A DNA stretch of 49,978 nucleotides from Octopus bimaculoides (taxonomy: Eukaryota). Every line of letters starts with the position of its first letter. Positions within the stretch are counted from its first letter, which is position 1. The stretch lies in contig NC_068991.1 of NCBI RefSeq assembly GCF_001194135.2, forward strand, positions 58,445,651 through 58,495,628, in the 5' to 3' direction. Both the position numbers and the translations under genes were made by a program. The notes beneath the pieces were generated by a model, which saw only the letters and a program-made list of their open reading frames with translations, did not search any database and was not told where the DNA came from. Positions 48,481 to 49,978 of the stretch are shown in pieces.

Positions 48481-48734
48481 TACATATATGCATACCAACA
48501 TACATTCATACATAGACAGACAGACAAAATTCGCTTTCTGTAGACGAGGCCATTCCTAAAATAATTTAATGTAACGTGGGTTTCTGTCGCACCAAGCGTA
48601 TACACCCGGTGAGTTGTTGATCATTGCCTTGTATGCTAATGAGAAGTAAGTTTTGCGTGAAGGAATTCCAGTTTACAGCAAGATTTTCAACATGCATTGA
48701 TTACGAAACGCAATGATACCTTTGTGTATATGTA

Positions 48735-48781
<47 letters not shown>

Positions 48782-49774
48782 GTGTGTGCGTGTGTCTTAC
48801 TCTAAACATACATGTACATCTTCTCGACTTAGGACCGACCGAGGTCCCTTCCGACTGACAGGTCGTAAGGCGATTTTCTCGTATGTCGGATTTATATATT
48901 TCAACACTGTTTTCATTCAAACGGGACATAGACGTATAAAACACATTAATTTCAACCATAATTATTGTACATAATGTGAAAAATATGTACTCTATTATGC
49001 TGTAAACAAAATTACAATCTAAAATTAATATAAAGATTAATGCAAATGAAATTCCGCATACATACAATAAAAAGAATTGTTCCTGTGAAAAAAGTTCAAA
49101 TGAAAATAATTTTTTAATCTTCAGTCATGTTCTTGGGTTGGGGTAGATTGTTATTCGAGGAACACGGTGAGCTTTGCTTGAATAGTTTGTTTTTCTTTTT
49201 GTCTTTTTTTCGTCGTACATCTTGAATGATACGTTCAAACTTTGCATAGCGTTCGATTTTCTACGGTCGTAAGTGCAGATAGTCATAAGTTACATATGTC
49301 GTAACTCAAGGAGAAAGTGTACAGCAATCTCTCACCATATCGTGGTTCACCTACCGCGCACTCAGTACATCGCGGACTTTTCTGGCTAAAATATGTAAAT
49401 TTATATCACGGACTTCTCAGTATATCACAGGTTTCTACGGCCGATAGGTATTCATATTTTTTAGATTTTAATTATTTCTGTGGGAGGTTTTGAAACGTAA
49501 CACCCGCGATAGTTGAGTGATTATTGTATATGTATATATCCATACATTTGTGCGAATATAACATGGTGATTTCTCGTAGTCCGAGAAAGACTATTACATG
49601 ATTTCTTGCGGAACAGCTTACACGTGTGATTTATTTCGATCAAACATATGCGCTGTGCATTTGCTCATTCCCTCCAAGAATCAACATTGAACAGGTGCAT
49701 AGTATACCACACGTCAGGTATCGAATTGATCTCAATGCAGCGACAAAACGTCTCAAGAGTTTCCGCCTGAAAGA

Positions 49775-49915
49775 ATTTGATCAAACAATTCGACCCCTGT
49801 ATGTCTGCTTGTCTTGTTTACTTTTAAGTCTGGTGCTGATTCTATCAATCTCCATTGCCGAACCGCTAGTTACGTGCACATAAACCGATTGTCAGACGAT
49901 GCTGGCGGGAACAGA
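49775..49915 (-). mobile_element. SINE family A, 3' half, degenerate
   Basis: attcgacccc..agtctggtgctgattctatc..ttgccgaaccgctagttacg..cgattgtca. Confidence 0.7.
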
Positions 49916-49978
49916 TTCATACGCACGCATACATATACTCATATCTCCACCACACATTCATATATATATATATATATA

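Overview
This is AT-rich, microsatellite-saturated eukaryotic DNA with 18 N-gaps (about 9.6 kb, ~19%). Its tRNA-derived SINE families resemble those I recall from octopus, so a coleoid cephalopod draft assembly is my inference, not a search result. I can support no intact host gene, tRNA, rRNA or CRISPR array, and most tracked ORFs are microsatellite or gap read-through. The window is a layered field of mobile-element remains: three conventional tRNA-SINE families, two different Penelope-like (PLE) reverse transcriptase fossils, a Helitron with both termini and a helicase C-terminus, a DD37D/maT transposase fossil, two mariner fragments, an R4/Dong 3' end running into (TAA)n, and pogo-, hAT-, Kolobok- and Helentron-type non-autonomous elements. 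The standout is 5415-6016. It is a head-to-head inverted dimer of an element joining a tRNA-like Pol III head to a minimal PLE-type hammerhead ribozyme motif, bracketed by a 12-bp direct repeat (ATACAGCGCAAA). It is a candidate Penelope-mobilised, ribozyme-bearing SINE/retrozyme. Two other hammerhead-like motifs, a STAT/kB-motif-rich minisatellite and an Illumina adapter remnant are also present.
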